Under the pieces are notes generated by a model. That model worked only from the letters and a program-made list of their open reading frames with translations. It made no database searches and had not been told where the DNA came from. Positions 1-10,451 of a DNA stretch of 28,052 bases are shown piece by piece (positions within the stretch are counted from its first letter, which is position 1; each line of letters begins with the position of its first letter). The stretch spans positions 1 through 28,052 of the forward strand of contig CAYSKA010000002.1 of NCBI GenBank assembly GCA_964431505.1, in the 5' to 3' direction. Source of the DNA: an uncultured Oscillospiraceae bacterium (lineage in GTDB: Bacteria; Bacillota; Clostridia; Christensenellales; CAG-138). A program made the position numbers and the translations under genes.

Positions 1-249
1 CGTTTTTGTACCATTATATTTGCCTGGAAGTATAGAAAATAAGCAAACTGGGTATTACTTTCAGGTGAGGTAATGCCTTCCTGTTCAGGTAATGTCTGAC
101 GCAGCGGTATATTGGGCGCCTCCTCGCAGTTGCATTTTTGTAATGTATATAATTCAGCATCGGTCTGAAGACTGCGTAGACGGCGCGCTTGTACGCCAAA
201 AAAGCTTTGACATGGTGAAAACCACAAACATCAGTTAGGAGTGAACGCG

Positions 250-3200
250 ATGGTGCATGAGGTGCAGTTGGGTAGACGAACGAGGATGAGCTTTTCCCAG
301 ATATCCGAAGTTCTCGACATGCCCGACCTGATTGAGGTACAAAAGAACTCATACAGGAGGTTTGTAAACGAGGATCTTATGGAGGCGCTAAGGGACGCCT
401 CACCTATTACCGACCACGCAGCCAAGCTGCTTTTGGAGTTTGTAGGCTACAAGATAGACGCTGACAACCCAAAATACAGTGTTGAAGAATGCAAGAACCG
501 GGACGTTACCTACTCTGCGCCGCTGAGGGTACACGTCCGCCTTATCAACAGAGAAACGGGCGCGCTCATCGACGAAAAAGACGTGTTCATGGGCGATTTT
601 CCGCTTATGACCGAGCAGGGGACATTTATATACAACGGGGCTGAACGAGTAATCGTAAGCCAGTTGGTCCGCTCGCCGGGCGCATACTACGACATGACCA
701 TTGATAAGGTGGGAAAACACCTGTTTTCCGCCCAGATCATTCCCAACAGGGGTGCGTGGCTCGAATACGAAACCGACAGCAATGAAATATTGTATGTAAA
801 GATTGATCGCCAGCGAAAGCTGTTTATAACCACCTTGCTGCGTGCTATAGGATATGGAACCGACGCACAGATTGTCGAGCTTCTGGGAGAAGAGGAACGG
901 CTTCTCAACACTTTGGAAAAGGATACCGCCAAGTCTGAGGAAGACGGTCTTATAGAGATTTATAAAAGACAAAGGCCAGGAGAACCGCCTACGAGCGAAA
1001 GCGCCCGAAACCTGATTAAAACGCTTTTCTTTGATAAGCGCTATGATTTGGCCCGGGTCGGCAGATATAAGTTTAACAAAAAGTTATGCCTGTCCGCCAG
1101 GATCGCAGGGCGAATAGCTGCCGAGCATGTAATTGACCCGAACACCGGTGAGATCCTGGTTGAGGAAGGTGCAGAGATCAGCCGCGACGCCTCGGTTAGC
1201 ATTGAAAGCGCAGGCGTTAGGGGTATATATGTATATGCCGACGATAAGCGCATCCGCGTTGTCGGAAACTGGTTCGTCGACGCAGCGGGCCATCTCCCCT
1301 TTGATCCCGCCGAAGCTGGAATAAATGAAAAGGTGCACTATCCCACCCTTATGGACCTGCTGTCATCAGCTAAGGACATGGACGCTGACGCCCTTAAGGC
1401 CCATATCAAGGCGAACGTAAACGAACTTATACCCCGCCACATTGTAGCTGACGACATGGTGGCGTCTGTTAGCTATCTGGTCGGTATGAATTACGGCATC
1501 GGCAAGGCCGACGATATAGACCACCTAGGCAACAGGCGAATCAGGTCCGTCGGTGAGCTGCTTCAAAATCATATTAGAATCGGCCTTACGCGGCTTGAGC
1601 GCACGGTAAAGGAGCGCATGTCGGTGCAGGATATGGATTCCGCCACGCCCGGCAACCTCATCAATCCCAGGCCCGTTGCCGCCTCAATAAAGGAGTTCTT
1701 TGGCTCGTCCCAGCTATCACAGTTCATGGACCAGACCAACCCTCTTGCCGAACTCACCCATAAGCGCCGTCTCAGCGCCCTGGGACAGGGCGGCCTTAAC
1801 CGTGACCGTGCAACCTTTGAGGTGCGCGACGTTCACTATTCCCACTATGGACGTATGTGCCCGATAGAAACGCCGGAAGGGCCCAATATCGGCCTGATCA
1901 ACTCCCTGTCAACCTATGCCCGTATAAACGAGTATGGATTTATTGAGTCGCCCTACCGAATTGTTGACGCAAAGGGTAAGCGAATCCTTGACGACGTAGT
2001 GTACCTGACGGCCGATGAGGAGGAGGACTGCATCGTAGCTCAGGCTAACGAGCCTCTGATAGTAAATGGGGATGGTACGTCCTGGTTTGCAAAGGACCGC
2101 GTTGTAGCCAGATACCGCGATCAGATAATTGAGGTGCCGAGTACTGAGGTGCATTATATGGACGTATCGCCAAAGCAGCTCATATCGGTTGCTACGGCAA
2201 TGATACCCTTTTTGGAAAATGACGACGCTAACAGGGCCCTAATGGGTTCCAACATGCAGAGGCAGGCAGTTCCGCTGCTAAAGCCCGAAGCTCCTATTGT
2301 AGGAACCGGCATGGAGTACAAGGCGGCCCATGATTCGGGCGTGGTTGTACTCGCAAATGAAAGCGGAACGGTTAAGCGCGTAAGCGCCCGAAATATTACC
2401 ATAACCGACGACGCTGGAAAAGAGCATGAATACCGGCTGATAAAGTTCAGGCGTTCCAACCAGGGAACCTGCATAAACCAGCGTCCCATCGTCGCTGAAG
2501 GCGACAGGGTCGCTAAAGGCGAAGTCATAGCCGACGGAACCTCCACGGAGCAGGGCGAAATCGCCCTGGGCAGGAATATACTGATTGGATTTATGCCGTG
2601 GGAAGGCTATAACTACGAGGACGCCGTACTAATCAGCGAAGAGCTGGTTCGAAACGACATATTTACATCGATACATATAGAAAAACATGAGCTTGAGGCC
2701 AGGGATACCAAGCTTGGCCAGGAGGAAATAACGCGCGACATTCCAAATATCGGCGACGACGCGCTGAAGGACCTTGACGAACGGGGAATTATCCGCATTG
2801 GAGCCGAAGTGCACACGGGCGATATCCTCGTGGGAAAGGTGACGCCAAAGGGCGAAACTGAGCTTACGGCCGAAGAAAAGCTGCTGCGTGCAATCTTTGG
2901 TGAAAAGGCCCGCGAAGTAAGGGATACGTCGCTGAGGGTCCCCCACGGGGAAGACGGAATTGTCGTAGACGTTAAGGTATTTACCCGTGAAAACAAGGAT
3001 GAACTGTCACCGGGGGTAAACGAGCTTGTGCGCGTTTATATTGCACAAAAACGCAAGATCTCTGTCGGCGACAAGATGGCTGGCCGCCATGGAAACAAGG
3101 GCGTTATATCGCGTATCCTTCCTCCGGAAGACATGCCGTTCCTGCCGGACGGAACTCCGCTTCAAATCGTTCTAAACCCGCTGGGAGTACCGTCGCGTAT

Positions 3201-4026
3201 GAACATAGGGCAGGTGCTGGAGCTTCATTTAGGACGCGCCGCAAAGGAGTGTAAATGGCATATTGCAACGCCGGTCTTTGACGGAGCGACCGAAAAGGAC
3301 ATAGCAGAATGCCTCAGGATGGCAGGGTGCGACGAAGACGGCAAGACGTATCTGTACGATGGCAGAACGGGCGAACGGTTTGAGAACCGCGTTTCCGTAG
3401 GTTATATGTACTACTTGAAGCTCGCTCACCTTGTAGACGACAAGATCCATGCCAGAAGCACCGGACCGTACTCGCTGGTAACCCAGCAGCCCCTTGGCGG
3501 AAAGGCCCAGTTCGGAGGCCAGCGCTTTGGCGAGATGGAGGTGTGGGCTTTGGAGGCTTATGGCGCCGCCAATACGCTGCAGGAAATTTTAACGGTAAAG
3601 AGCGACGATGTGATCGGCCGTGTAAAGACCTACGAAGCCATTGTTAAAGGTGAAAACGTACCAGAGCCTGGCGTACCCGAATCGTTTAAGGTGCTGATTA
3701 GGGAGCTTCAATCGCTTGCGCTTGATATAAAGGTTCTGACCGACACCCGTGAGGAAATCGGAATTGATGATATGATGGAGGCGGAAGAACCCGTAGCGTT
3801 TAAAACAGAACTGCCCGATTTGGATAAGGCCGAGGATATACTTCCGGCTAAGTTTGGAGGTTTTTCTGAGTTTGACGAGTTCGAGGACGATGAACTTGAA
3901 GACGACCTTGAGGATGATGACGAGGGCCTGGCTGATGATGAACCCCACCCCTCCTCACAGTTTGAATTTGGAGATGATTTTATCATAGAAGGCGATGAAT
4001 CGGATGACAACCTTGACGGAGAATAA
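250..4026 (+). CDS. rpoB: DNA-directed RNA polymerase subunit beta
   Basis: Conserved blocks [39 protein letters not shown] and [17 protein letters not shown]. Start moved from GTG 241 to ATG 250, which follows the SD-like GGAGTG and gives a Clostridia-type MVHEVQLG N-terminus. Acidic C-terminal tail. Confidence 0.99.
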   Translation: MVHEVQLGRRTRMSFSQISEVLDMPDLIEVQKNSYRRFVNEDLMEALRDASPITDHAAKLLLEFVGYKIDADNPKYSVEECKNRDVTYSAPLRVHVRLINRETGALIDEKDVFMGDFPLMTEQGTFIYNGAERVIVSQLVRSPGAYYDMTIDKVGKHLFSAQIIPNRGAWLEYETDSNEILYVKIDRQRKLFITTLLRAIGYGTDAQIVELLGEEERLLNTLEKDTAKSEEDGLIEIYKRQRPGEPPTSESARNLIKTLFFDKRYDLARVGRYKFNKKLCLSARIAGRIAAEHVIDPNTGEILVEEGAEISRDASVSIESAGVRGIYVYADDKRIRVVGNWFVDAAGHLPFDPAEAGINEKVHYPTLMDLLSSAKDMDADALKAHIKANVNELIPRHIVADDMVASVSYLVGMNYGIGKADDIDHLGNRRIRSVGELLQNHIRIGLTRLERTVKERMSVQDMDSATPGNLINPRPVAASIKEFFGSSQLSQFMDQTNPLAELTHKRRLSALGQGGLNRDRATFEVRDVHYSHYGRMCPIETPEGPNIGLINSLSTYARINEYGFIESPYRIVDAKGKRILDDVVYLTADEEEDCIVAQANEPLIVNGDGTSWFAKDRVVARYRDQIIEVPSTEVHYMDVSPKQLISVATAMIPFLENDDANRALMGSNMQRQAVPLLKPEAPIVGTGMEYKAAHDSGVVVLANESGTVKRVSARNITITDDAGKEHEYRLIKFRRSNQGTCINQRPIVAEGDRVAKGEVIADGTSTEQGEIALGRNILIGFMPWEGYNYEDAVLISEELVRNDIFTSIHIEKHELEARDTKLGQEEITRDIPNIGDDALKDLDERGIIRIGAEVHTGDILVGKVTPKGETELTAEEKLLRAIFGEKAREVRDTSLRVPHGEDGIVVDVKVFTRENKDELSPGVNELVRVYIAQKRKISVGDKMAGRHGNKGVISRILPPEDMPFLPDGTPLQIVLNPLGVPSRMNIGQVLELHLGRAAKECKWHIATPVFDGATEKDIAECLRMAGCDEDGKTYLYDGRTGERFENRVSVGYMYYLKLAHLVDDKIHARSTGPYSLVTQQPLGGKAQFGGQRFGEMEVWALEAYGAANTLQEILTVKSDDVIGRVKTYEAIVKGENVPEPGVPESFKVLIRELQSLALDIKVLTDTREEIGIDDMMEAEEPVAFKTELPDLDKAEDILPAKFGGFSEFDEFEDDELEDDLEDDDEGLADDEPHPSSQFEFGDDFIIEGDESDDNLDGE

Positions 4027-4060
4027 GCCAAACGCATACTGCTGAAGGGAGATAAACGCT

Positions 4061-7000
4061 TTGTTCGAGCTTACTAATTTTGATGCTATACAAATAGGCC
4101 TTGCATCACCTGAAAAAATAATTGAATGGTCACACGGTGAGGTTAAAAAGCCTGAAACAATAAACTATAGGACGCTCAAGCCCGAAAAGGACGGGCTGTT
4201 CTGTGAGCGAATATTCGGACCAACGAAGGACTGGGAATGCCACTGTGGGCGCTATAAGCGTATACAGCATAAGGGCGTTATCTGCGACAAATGCGGAGTT
4301 GAGGTGACAAAATCCAAGGTCCGCCGTGAGCGTATGGGCCACATACAGCTTGCAGCCCCTGTTTCGCATATCTGGTACTTCCGCGGGACGCCGAGCAGGA
4401 TGAAGATGCTTTTGGATATGTCGCCAAAATCGCTTGAACAGGTCATATATTTTGCAAAATATGTGGTGCTTGATCCCGGCGATACCGATATACCGCATAA
4501 AAAGCTCATGACCGAGATGGAATATCGCCGTGAGGCCGCCCGCGTAGCGCCAAAACGGTTCCGCGTTGGCATGGGCGCAGAGGCGATTAAGGAGCTGCTT
4601 CAGAAACTCGACCTTCAAAAACTGGCCGAAGATCTTCGCACTGAGATCAGCAAAGCTTCCGCTCAGAGCCAAAAGCGCGCTAACGCAGTTAAGCGCCTTG
4701 AGGTTGTTGAGGCGTTTATTAAGAGCGGCAATAAGCCGGAGTGGATGATACTGGACATAATTCCCGTTATTCCTCCCGATCTGCGGCCAATGGTTCAGCT
4801 TGACGGCGGAAGGTTCGCCGCAAGCGATCTTAACGATCTTTACCGCCGCGTAATCAGCCGCAATAACAGGCTTAAGAAGCTTCTTGAAATCCATGCGCCG
4901 GACATCGTTGTAAGAAACGAAAAGCGTATGCTCCAGGAAGCTGTTGACGCGCTTATAGACAATGGCAAGCGCACCCGTGCGGTTACAGGTGCAAACAACC
5001 GGCCGCTAAAGTCCCTTTCAGAGCTTTTGCGCGGAAAGCAGGGGCGCTTCCGGCAGAACCTTCTTGGAAAGCGCGTAGACTACTCCGGCCGTTCCGTAAT
5101 TGTGGTTGGGCCGGAATTGAAGATGTATCAATGCGGATTGCCCAAGGAGATGGCCCTTGAACTGTTTAAGCCGTTTGTAATGAAAAAACTGGTGGAGAAC
5201 GATCCCCAGACCAATATAAAGAGTGCAAAGCGCAAGATAGAACGCGTAAGCAAGGAAGTATGGGATGCCCTGGAGGAGGTTATAAAGGACCATCCTGTGC
5301 TTCTTAACCGCGCTCCGACACTGCACCGGCTTGGTATACAGGCATTTGAGCCTGTGCTGGTGGAAGGCAGAGCGCTTAAGCTTCACCCCTTGGTATGTCC
5401 CGCATATAACGCTGACTTTGACGGCGACCAGATGGCCGTACATGTACCGTTATCAGTTGAGGCTCAGGCTGAGGCGCGCTTCTTAATGCTAGCCTCAAAC
5501 AACATACTTAAACCCCAGGATGGCAAGCCTGTCGTAAGCCCAACGCAGGATATGGTAATGGGATGTTATTACCTTACCCTTCAGCGTGACGGCGATAAGG
5601 GCGAAGGCAAGGCGTTTTCCTCGGAGGACGAAGCGTTTATGGCATATCAAAGTGGCGACGTAACGCTTCACGCTAAGATAAAGGTACGCATTCAGCGCCA
5701 AATCGACGGTGAAATCCGCAGCAAGGTTATAAATACCTCTGTGGGCAGGCTTATATTCAACGGAGCTATCCCTCAGGATCTGGGATTTGTCGATAGATCA
5801 CAGCCGGAAAGCGCGTTCAAGCTTGAGATAGATGAAAAGGTAACCAAGAAGACGCTGGCGTCCATAGTCGACTGCTGCTATCGCAAACATGGAGCTACCT
5901 CTACATCTAATATGCTCGATAATATCAAGAGCCTAGGGTTTAAATATTCCACAAAAGGGGGAATAACCGTAGGCTATAGGGACATAATCGTACCCGAGCA
6001 GAAAAAGCAGATGCTCGCCGATGCGGAAGACAGGGTTATAGAAATTGAGGATATGTATATGATGGGCGTGATCACTGCAAAGGAACGCCGTGAACACATC
6101 ATTAAGATCTGGGAGCAGGCTACTAAGAACGTAACCGACGCCCTGATGAACAGCCTTGACGAATGGAACCCGATTTACATGATGGCAAACTCCGGCGCCC
6201 GCGGAAGCACCAACCAGATACGCCAGCTTGCCGGCATGCGTGGACTGATGGCTGATCCCAGCGGTCAGATAATTGAGGTTCCAATTCGCTCCAACTTTAG
6301 GGAAGGCCTTACGGTTCTTGAGTTTTTCGTTTCTTCGCACGGAGCGAGAAAAGGCCTTGCCGATACTGCCCTCAGAACCGCTGACTCCGGCTATCTTACC
6401 AGGCGGCTTGTCGATGTCTCTCAGGATGTAATCATACGCGAGGACGACTGCTTTAAGCTTAGAAATGACAGCATTAAGGGAATACGCGTGGGTGCGATAA
6501 TGGATGGCGACAGGGTTATCGAACCCCTTGGCGACAGAATTCTTGGCCGTTATACAGCCGAGCCGGTCTATCACCCTGAAACCGGCGAACAAATAATTGG
6601 AGCAAATGAGCTCATCACCTATGAGCTGCGCAATACAATAATAGCAGCCGGCGTTGAAAGCGTTGTCTGCAGAACTGTATTCACATGTAGAAGCGAGCAC
6701 GGCGTATGCGCAAAATGCTATGGCATTAACTTGGCTACCGGCCACCCTGTAAATATTGGCGAAGCGGTGGGGATAATAGCGGCGCAAGCTATCGGAGAGC
6801 CTGGAACGCAGCTGACAATGCGTACGTTCCATACAGGCGGCGTGGCATCCGCGGACGATATAACGCAGGGTCTCCCCCGCGTTGAGGAAATATTCGAGGC
6901 CAGAAAGCCAAAGGGCTTGGCTGTGATATCCCAGATTGCCGGCACCGTACACATACAGACCGGCAAGAAGACAGAAGCAGTAATCACAAACGAGAGTGAA

Positions 7001-7759
7001 ACTGAAAAATACCTTATACCGTTCGGTTCAAAACTCAAGGTTGCCGACGGGGATTTTGTGGCGGCCGGAGACGAGCTTACCGAAGGCTCTGTAAACCCCC
7101 ATGAGATACTAAGCATTAAGGGGGTTAATCAGGTCCAATCCTATATGCTTAGAGAGGTTCAGAGCGTATACCGCGACCAGGGCGTTGAAATAGCCGATAA
7201 GCATATTGAGATCATCATTAGGCAGATGCTGCGCAAGGTTCAGGTGACCAACGCTGGAGATACCCAGCTGCTTCCAGGCGAGCTTATAGATATATTCCGC
7301 TTTGAACAGGAGAACAGCAGGGTTATTGAGGCGGATGGCCAGCCCGCCGAGTCAAAGCGCAAGCTTATGGGCATTACCAAGGCTGCGCTAGCTACAGACT
7401 CGTTCCTGTCCGCAGCGTCATTCCAGGAGACCACCCGTGTTCTTACCGAGGCCGCTACGAAGGGGAAGGTGGATCCGCTGGTAGGCCTGAAGGAAAATGT
7501 AATTATCGGCAAGCTCATTCCAGCCGGAATCGGGCTAAAGCGCTATCGCAACATTGATATACAGGTGGAAAGCAATGTACACGATAATGTAGCAATAGAC
7601 CATCAGGTTCATGCCGAGCGTGTTCTCTCTGACAGTGATGAGGACTATGCGGCACTAGCGGCGGAGGCTGCCGGCCAACCAGATAGGCCGTCGTTCTCCG
7701 ACCTTACCGAGCTTGAGCCGCTGGAACTTACCGAGATGCCGGAGATGAACGCCTTTTAG
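4061..7759 (+). CDS. rpoC: DNA-directed RNA polymerase subunit beta'
   Basis: Catalytic NADFDGD motif, N-terminal Zn site (CHC...CDKC), trigger loop [14 protein letters not shown] start after AAGGGAG. Confidence 0.99.
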   Translation: MFELTNFDAIQIGLASPEKIIEWSHGEVKKPETINYRTLKPEKDGLFCERIFGPTKDWECHCGRYKRIQHKGVICDKCGVEVTKSKVRRERMGHIQLAAPVSHIWYFRGTPSRMKMLLDMSPKSLEQVIYFAKYVVLDPGDTDIPHKKLMTEMEYRREAARVAPKRFRVGMGAEAIKELLQKLDLQKLAEDLRTEISKASAQSQKRANAVKRLEVVEAFIKSGNKPEWMILDIIPVIPPDLRPMVQLDGGRFAASDLNDLYRRVISRNNRLKKLLEIHAPDIVVRNEKRMLQEAVDALIDNGKRTRAVTGANNRPLKSLSELLRGKQGRFRQNLLGKRVDYSGRSVIVVGPELKMYQCGLPKEMALELFKPFVMKKLVENDPQTNIKSAKRKIERVSKEVWDALEEVIKDHPVLLNRAPTLHRLGIQAFEPVLVEGRALKLHPLVCPAYNADFDGDQMAVHVPLSVEAQAEARFLMLASNNILKPQDGKPVVSPTQDMVMGCYYLTLQRDGDKGEGKAFSSEDEAFMAYQSGDVTLHAKIKVRIQRQIDGEIRSKVINTSVGRLIFNGAIPQDLGFVDRSQPESAFKLEIDEKVTKKTLASIVDCCYRKHGATSTSNMLDNIKSLGFKYSTKGGITVGYRDIIVPEQKKQMLADAEDRVIEIEDMYMMGVITAKERREHIIKIWEQATKNVTDALMNSLDEWNPIYMMANSGARGSTNQIRQLAGMRGLMADPSGQIIEVPIRSNFREGLTVLEFFVSSHGARKGLADTALRTADSGYLTRRLVDVSQDVIIREDDCFKLRNDSIKGIRVGAIMDGDRVIEPLGDRILGRYTAEPVYHPETGEQIIGANELITYELRNTIIAAGVESVVCRTVFTCRSEHGVCAKCYGINLATGHPVNIGEAVGIIAAQAIGEPGTQLTMRTFHTGGVASADDITQGLPRVEEIFEARKPKGLAVISQIAGTVHIQTGKKTEAVITNESETEKYLIPFGSKLKVADGDFVAAGDELTEGSVNPHEILSIKGVNQVQSYMLREVQSVYRDQGVEIADKHIEIIIRQMLRKVQVTNAGDTQLLPGELIDIFRFEQENSRVIEADGQPAESKRKLMGITKAALATDSFLSAASFQETTRVLTEAATKGKVDPLVGLKENVIIGKLIPAGIGLKRYRNIDIQVESNVHDNVAIDHQVHAERVLSDSDEDYAALAAEAAGQPDRPSFSDLTELEPLELTEMPEMNAF

Positions 7760-7789
7760 CTTATGCGTGTTTAGTCATTAGGAGGCAAA

Positions 7790-8554
7790 GTGGAAAATAA
7801 ATATACAAACGAAGGCTGTCCGCTAAGGGGCGGAGACGATTGCAGGCTTCTTAACATGCCCGGGTGCAATGAATGCCCGGTAAATAAACTGCCCCGTGAG
7901 GAAAAGGTCAAGGCTGGAAGGGAGCTTCGCGATACGGCTATACTCATGCCGATAGAATTGGTGCGTTCCGCAGCGGAAAGTTCCCACTGCCTGTTATGCA
8001 ATGACGACGTAAAGCGTAAGCGCACTTGTTACGCCATCGCCGATCTAGGGCATAAGCACCCTAGCCCGGATAACAGCAGTACTATCTCAAAGGGCGGCCT
8101 TCTGGTGCCTGTTCAAATAGCATCTTGTGACCAATGCAGGCGCAATTTTACGCTGGCCAGCTATCTTCCTGACGCCCTGTCACTGCTTATCGCGGGAATA
8201 GCGCTTGTATTGCTAAGCCTACGCGGTATTAGGGAGCCGCTTATGTCGGTGTTTACGGCCTTGCCGCTGATAGTATTTATCATTGCCTGTATACTGGCTG
8301 CAACCGTTCGTTATACGCTTAGGCGCTGCCTGTTAAAGGGACTCGGTAAAAGCACTAAATTTAAAGTATCGGACATTGGCATAATTTCACGTATGTACAG
8401 CAATGGCTGGTTTGAACTTTATGGCAGCAACCGTGGAATTTCAAAGGTATATTTTAATGACGCGCCCCTTTCAAGGGGACCGTATACCGCGTATATTCGT
8501 GAATCCAATGATGGTCCGGCAGACATAAAGCTAGGACAGAGCATAGAAGAATAG
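7790..8554 (+). CDS. Uncharacterised Cys-rich (putative metal-binding) two-TM membrane protein
   Basis: AGGAGG SD and GTG start 30 nt after the rpoC stop; CP-x6-C-x7-CxxC, then CLLC...CDQC; two hydrophobic helices; terminator follows. Confidence 0.8.
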   Translation: MENKYTNEGCPLRGGDDCRLLNMPGCNECPVNKLPREEKVKAGRELRDTAILMPIELVRSAAESSHCLLCNDDVKRKRTCYAIADLGHKHPSPDNSSTISKGGLLVPVQIASCDQCRRNFTLASYLPDALSLLIAGIALVLLSLRGIREPLMSVFTALPLIVFIIACILAATVRYTLRRCLLKGLGKSTKFKVSDIGIISRMYSNGWFELYGSNRGISKVYFNDAPLSRGPYTAYIRESNDGPADIKLGQSIEE

Positions 8555-8571
8555 AGACTAAGCTATATATA

Positions 8572-8608
8572 ACCCCGTTTGGCGTCTGTCAGACGGGGTC
8601 TTTATTAT
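8572..8608 (+). terminator. Intrinsic terminator of the rpoB-rpoC-orf operon
   Basis: 12-bp stem ACCCCGTTTGGC/GTCAGACGGGGT (two G-U pairs), 4-nt loop, then CTTTATTATT. Confidence 0.8.
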
Positions 8609-8780
8609 TGCCACGTTAAATTGATCCTGTTAAGTTGCATTTATCTATTACTTTGCTGCAAAAAACTAGCGCTAAAATCAATCGCTGAGGCTCTGCCTAA
8701 TAAATTTTTTGGACGCTAATATATCAATGCCCTGGTAGTGAGCAAAACAGCCGCAATAGCAATCCTGCTTTCCCGCATTT

Positions 8781-8796
8781 AATGGTATATACCAAA
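8781..8796. promoter_or_regulatory. Palindromic operator resembling NagR/DasR dre sites
   Basis: Perfect 12-bp palindrome TGGTATATACCA (8783-8794), upstream of a GlcNAc-pathway gene. Confidence 0.5.
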
Positions 8797-8907
8797 AATA
8801 ATGTAATATATCTAATCGGCCCATTCCAACGCATTGCTGATTACCTTGCAATTCTGCAAGAATTTACGGACTTTTTCCGCATACATATATTTCTGAGCAC
8901 GCCTTGC

Positions 8908-8937
8908 TTGACAAGGCGGTAAGTTTGAATATAGAAT
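8908..8937 (+). promoter_or_regulatory. sigmaA-type promoter of the glmU-like operon
   Basis: TTGACA (8908-8913), 18-nt spacer, TAGAAT (8932-8937); 37 nt before the ATG, which has an AAAGGA SD. Confidence 0.75.
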
Positions 8938-8974
8938 ATGTGCGGTCAATCGCCTAAATGAAAGGACAGCTATT

Positions 8975-9667
8975 ATGGATATACCCGATATCGCATCCGA
9001 GTCAGGGCGTCTCTCAATTAACGCGTTTCACGCCCAAAACGGCGTCGTCTTCGTTGACCCATATAACACATATATTGGTCCGGATGTAAAGATTGGTAAG
9101 GGAACTGTGATTTATCCAAATGTATGCATTGAGGGAAACGTACTGATCGGAGAAAATACAATAATACATATGGGTTGCAGCATTAAGGATACAGTTATCG
9201 GCAACGAATGCGTTTTGCGCTACGTAGTTGCCGACACGACTGTAATAGGTAACAACGTAAAAATTGGGCCGTTTGTCAATCTAAGGCCCCATACACGGAT
9301 TGAGGACGACTGTAAAATCGGTGATTTTGTAGAAATCAAAAACTCTAGTTTGGGTTTGGGCAGCAAAGCGCCCCATCTCTCATATATTGGCGACGCAGAT
9401 GTAGGAAGTCACGTTAATATCGGATGCGGAGCTATATTTGTAAATTATGACGGCATAAAAAAACATAGAACGCATATAGGCGACAGGGCCTTTATCGGAT
9501 GTAACACAAACCTTATAGCGCCGCTGAAACTCGGCAGCGATACCTTTACCGCCGCAGGCTCTACAATTACCAGGGATGTACCGGACGGCGCTCTTAGCAT
9601 TGAGCGGGGTGAGCAAAAAAACATTGCCGGATGGGTGGACCGTATGAGATCCAGAAAAGGGGACTGA
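8975..9667 (+). CDS. glmU: Stand-alone GlmU C-terminal domain (glucosamine-1-phosphate N-acetyltransferase, left-handed beta-helix); no uridyltransferase domain
   Basis: Hexapeptide repeats; GPFVNLRP, DFVEIKN, HLSYIGD, NIGCG, VNYDG, AAGS and C-terminal GW motifs. Only 230 aa, starting at the interdomain helix. Confidence 0.88.
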   Translation: MDIPDIASESGRLSINAFHAQNGVVFVDPYNTYIGPDVKIGKGTVIYPNVCIEGNVLIGENTIIHMGCSIKDTVIGNECVLRYVVADTTVIGNNVKIGPFVNLRPHTRIEDDCKIGDFVEIKNSSLGLGSKAPHLSYIGDADVGSHVNIGCGAIFVNYDGIKKHRTHIGDRAFIGCNTNLIAPLKLGSDTFTAAGSTITRDVPDGALSIERGEQKNIAGWVDRMRSRKGD

Positions 9668-9674
9668 TGATCGC

Positions 9675-10433
9675 TTGTACATAAACATCGACGGTATAAA
9701 TATTAATTATGAACGCATCGGATCGGGTAAACCGGTCCTGTTGCTGCATGGCTGGATGGCTGGGATTGATACCATGCGTCCCATCGCAGCCCATCTTCTA
9801 AAGCTTGGTAGGGAAGCCGTTATGCTGGACTTTCCCGGTATGGGTATAAGCGAGCTTCCCCCCACGCCTTGGGGCGTTCCCGAATATGCCCAGATCACCA
9901 GAAAGCTTATCTCCATACTTGGTTTGGAAGGCTGTGACCTTATATGCCACTCGTTTGGAGGCCGTGTTGCCATAATGCTTGCGTCAGCGGAGCCTGATTT
10001 GTTTGGCAAGCTGATATTAATCGACGCCGCCGGAATAAAACCAAAGCGCGGTCTCATCTATTATTTAAAAACCTACTTTTATAAGCTTGCGAAGGGGGCG
10101 GCTAAGGTAAGCGTATTTAACCGCATGTTCAAGTTGGATCAAAAGGTAAAAAAAGCTGGTTCAGACGACTACAAGTCGCTTTCAGGCGTAATGCGCGAAA
10201 CCTTTGTAAAGGTTGTAAATCTTGACCTTACTGAACTGTTGGATAAAATTAGAAATGAAACGCTGCTAATATGGGGCAGTGAGGATACCTCCGCGCCGTT
10301 ATGGATGGGGCAGATAATGGAGAAGCGCATAAAAAACGCGGGGCTTGCGGTGATAGAGGGCGCAGGCCATTTTAGCTATGTGGACGACTACGCGCGTTTT
10401 TGCGCTATGCTGGATATAGTTTTAAAAGATTAA
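9675..10433 (+). CDS. Alpha/beta fold hydrolase
   Basis: LLHGW oxyanion motif, nucleophile elbow CHSFGG, Asp (GSED) and His (GAGHF) of the triad; TTG start. Confidence 0.9.
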   Translation: MYINIDGININYERIGSGKPVLLLHGWMAGIDTMRPIAAHLLKLGREAVMLDFPGMGISELPPTPWGVPEYAQITRKLISILGLEGCDLICHSFGGRVAIMLASAEPDLFGKLILIDAAGIKPKRGLIYYLKTYFYKLAKGAAKVSVFNRMFKLDQKVKKAGSDDYKSLSGVMRETFVKVVNLDLTELLDKIRNETLLIWGSEDTSAPLWMGQIMEKRIKNAGLAVIEGAGHFSYVDDYARFCAMLDIVLKD

Positions 10434-10451
10434 TAAGGAAGGAAATATCCG

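Noticed and set aside
130-235. sigmaA promoter for rpoB (TTGCAT/TATAAT at 130-153; TTGACA at 207-212)
   Set aside because: The first pair has only a 12-nt spacer and the second -35 has no -10 at 16-18 nt, so no promoter can be called.
1027-1044. RpoB FFDKRY, one residue shorter than the usual FFDPKRY
   Set aside because: In-frame, in a variable loop; cannot be judged without an alignment.
3780-4026. Very acidic RpoB C-terminal tail (and a shorter one on RpoC)
   Set aside because: Acidic low-complexity tails are common in clostridial RpoB; not a DNA repeat and not novel.
400-7518. Many minus-strand and alternate-frame ORFs within rpoB/rpoC (e.g. 5933-6952, 339 aa) and within other genes
   Set aside because: Antisense shadows of real genes, with no SD or recognisable motifs.
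8610-8890. Short minus-strand ORFs in the intergenic region (e.g. MYAEKVRKFLQNCKVISNALEWAD)
   Set aside because: No SD, short, no motif; not recognisable as the missing GlmU N-terminal half.
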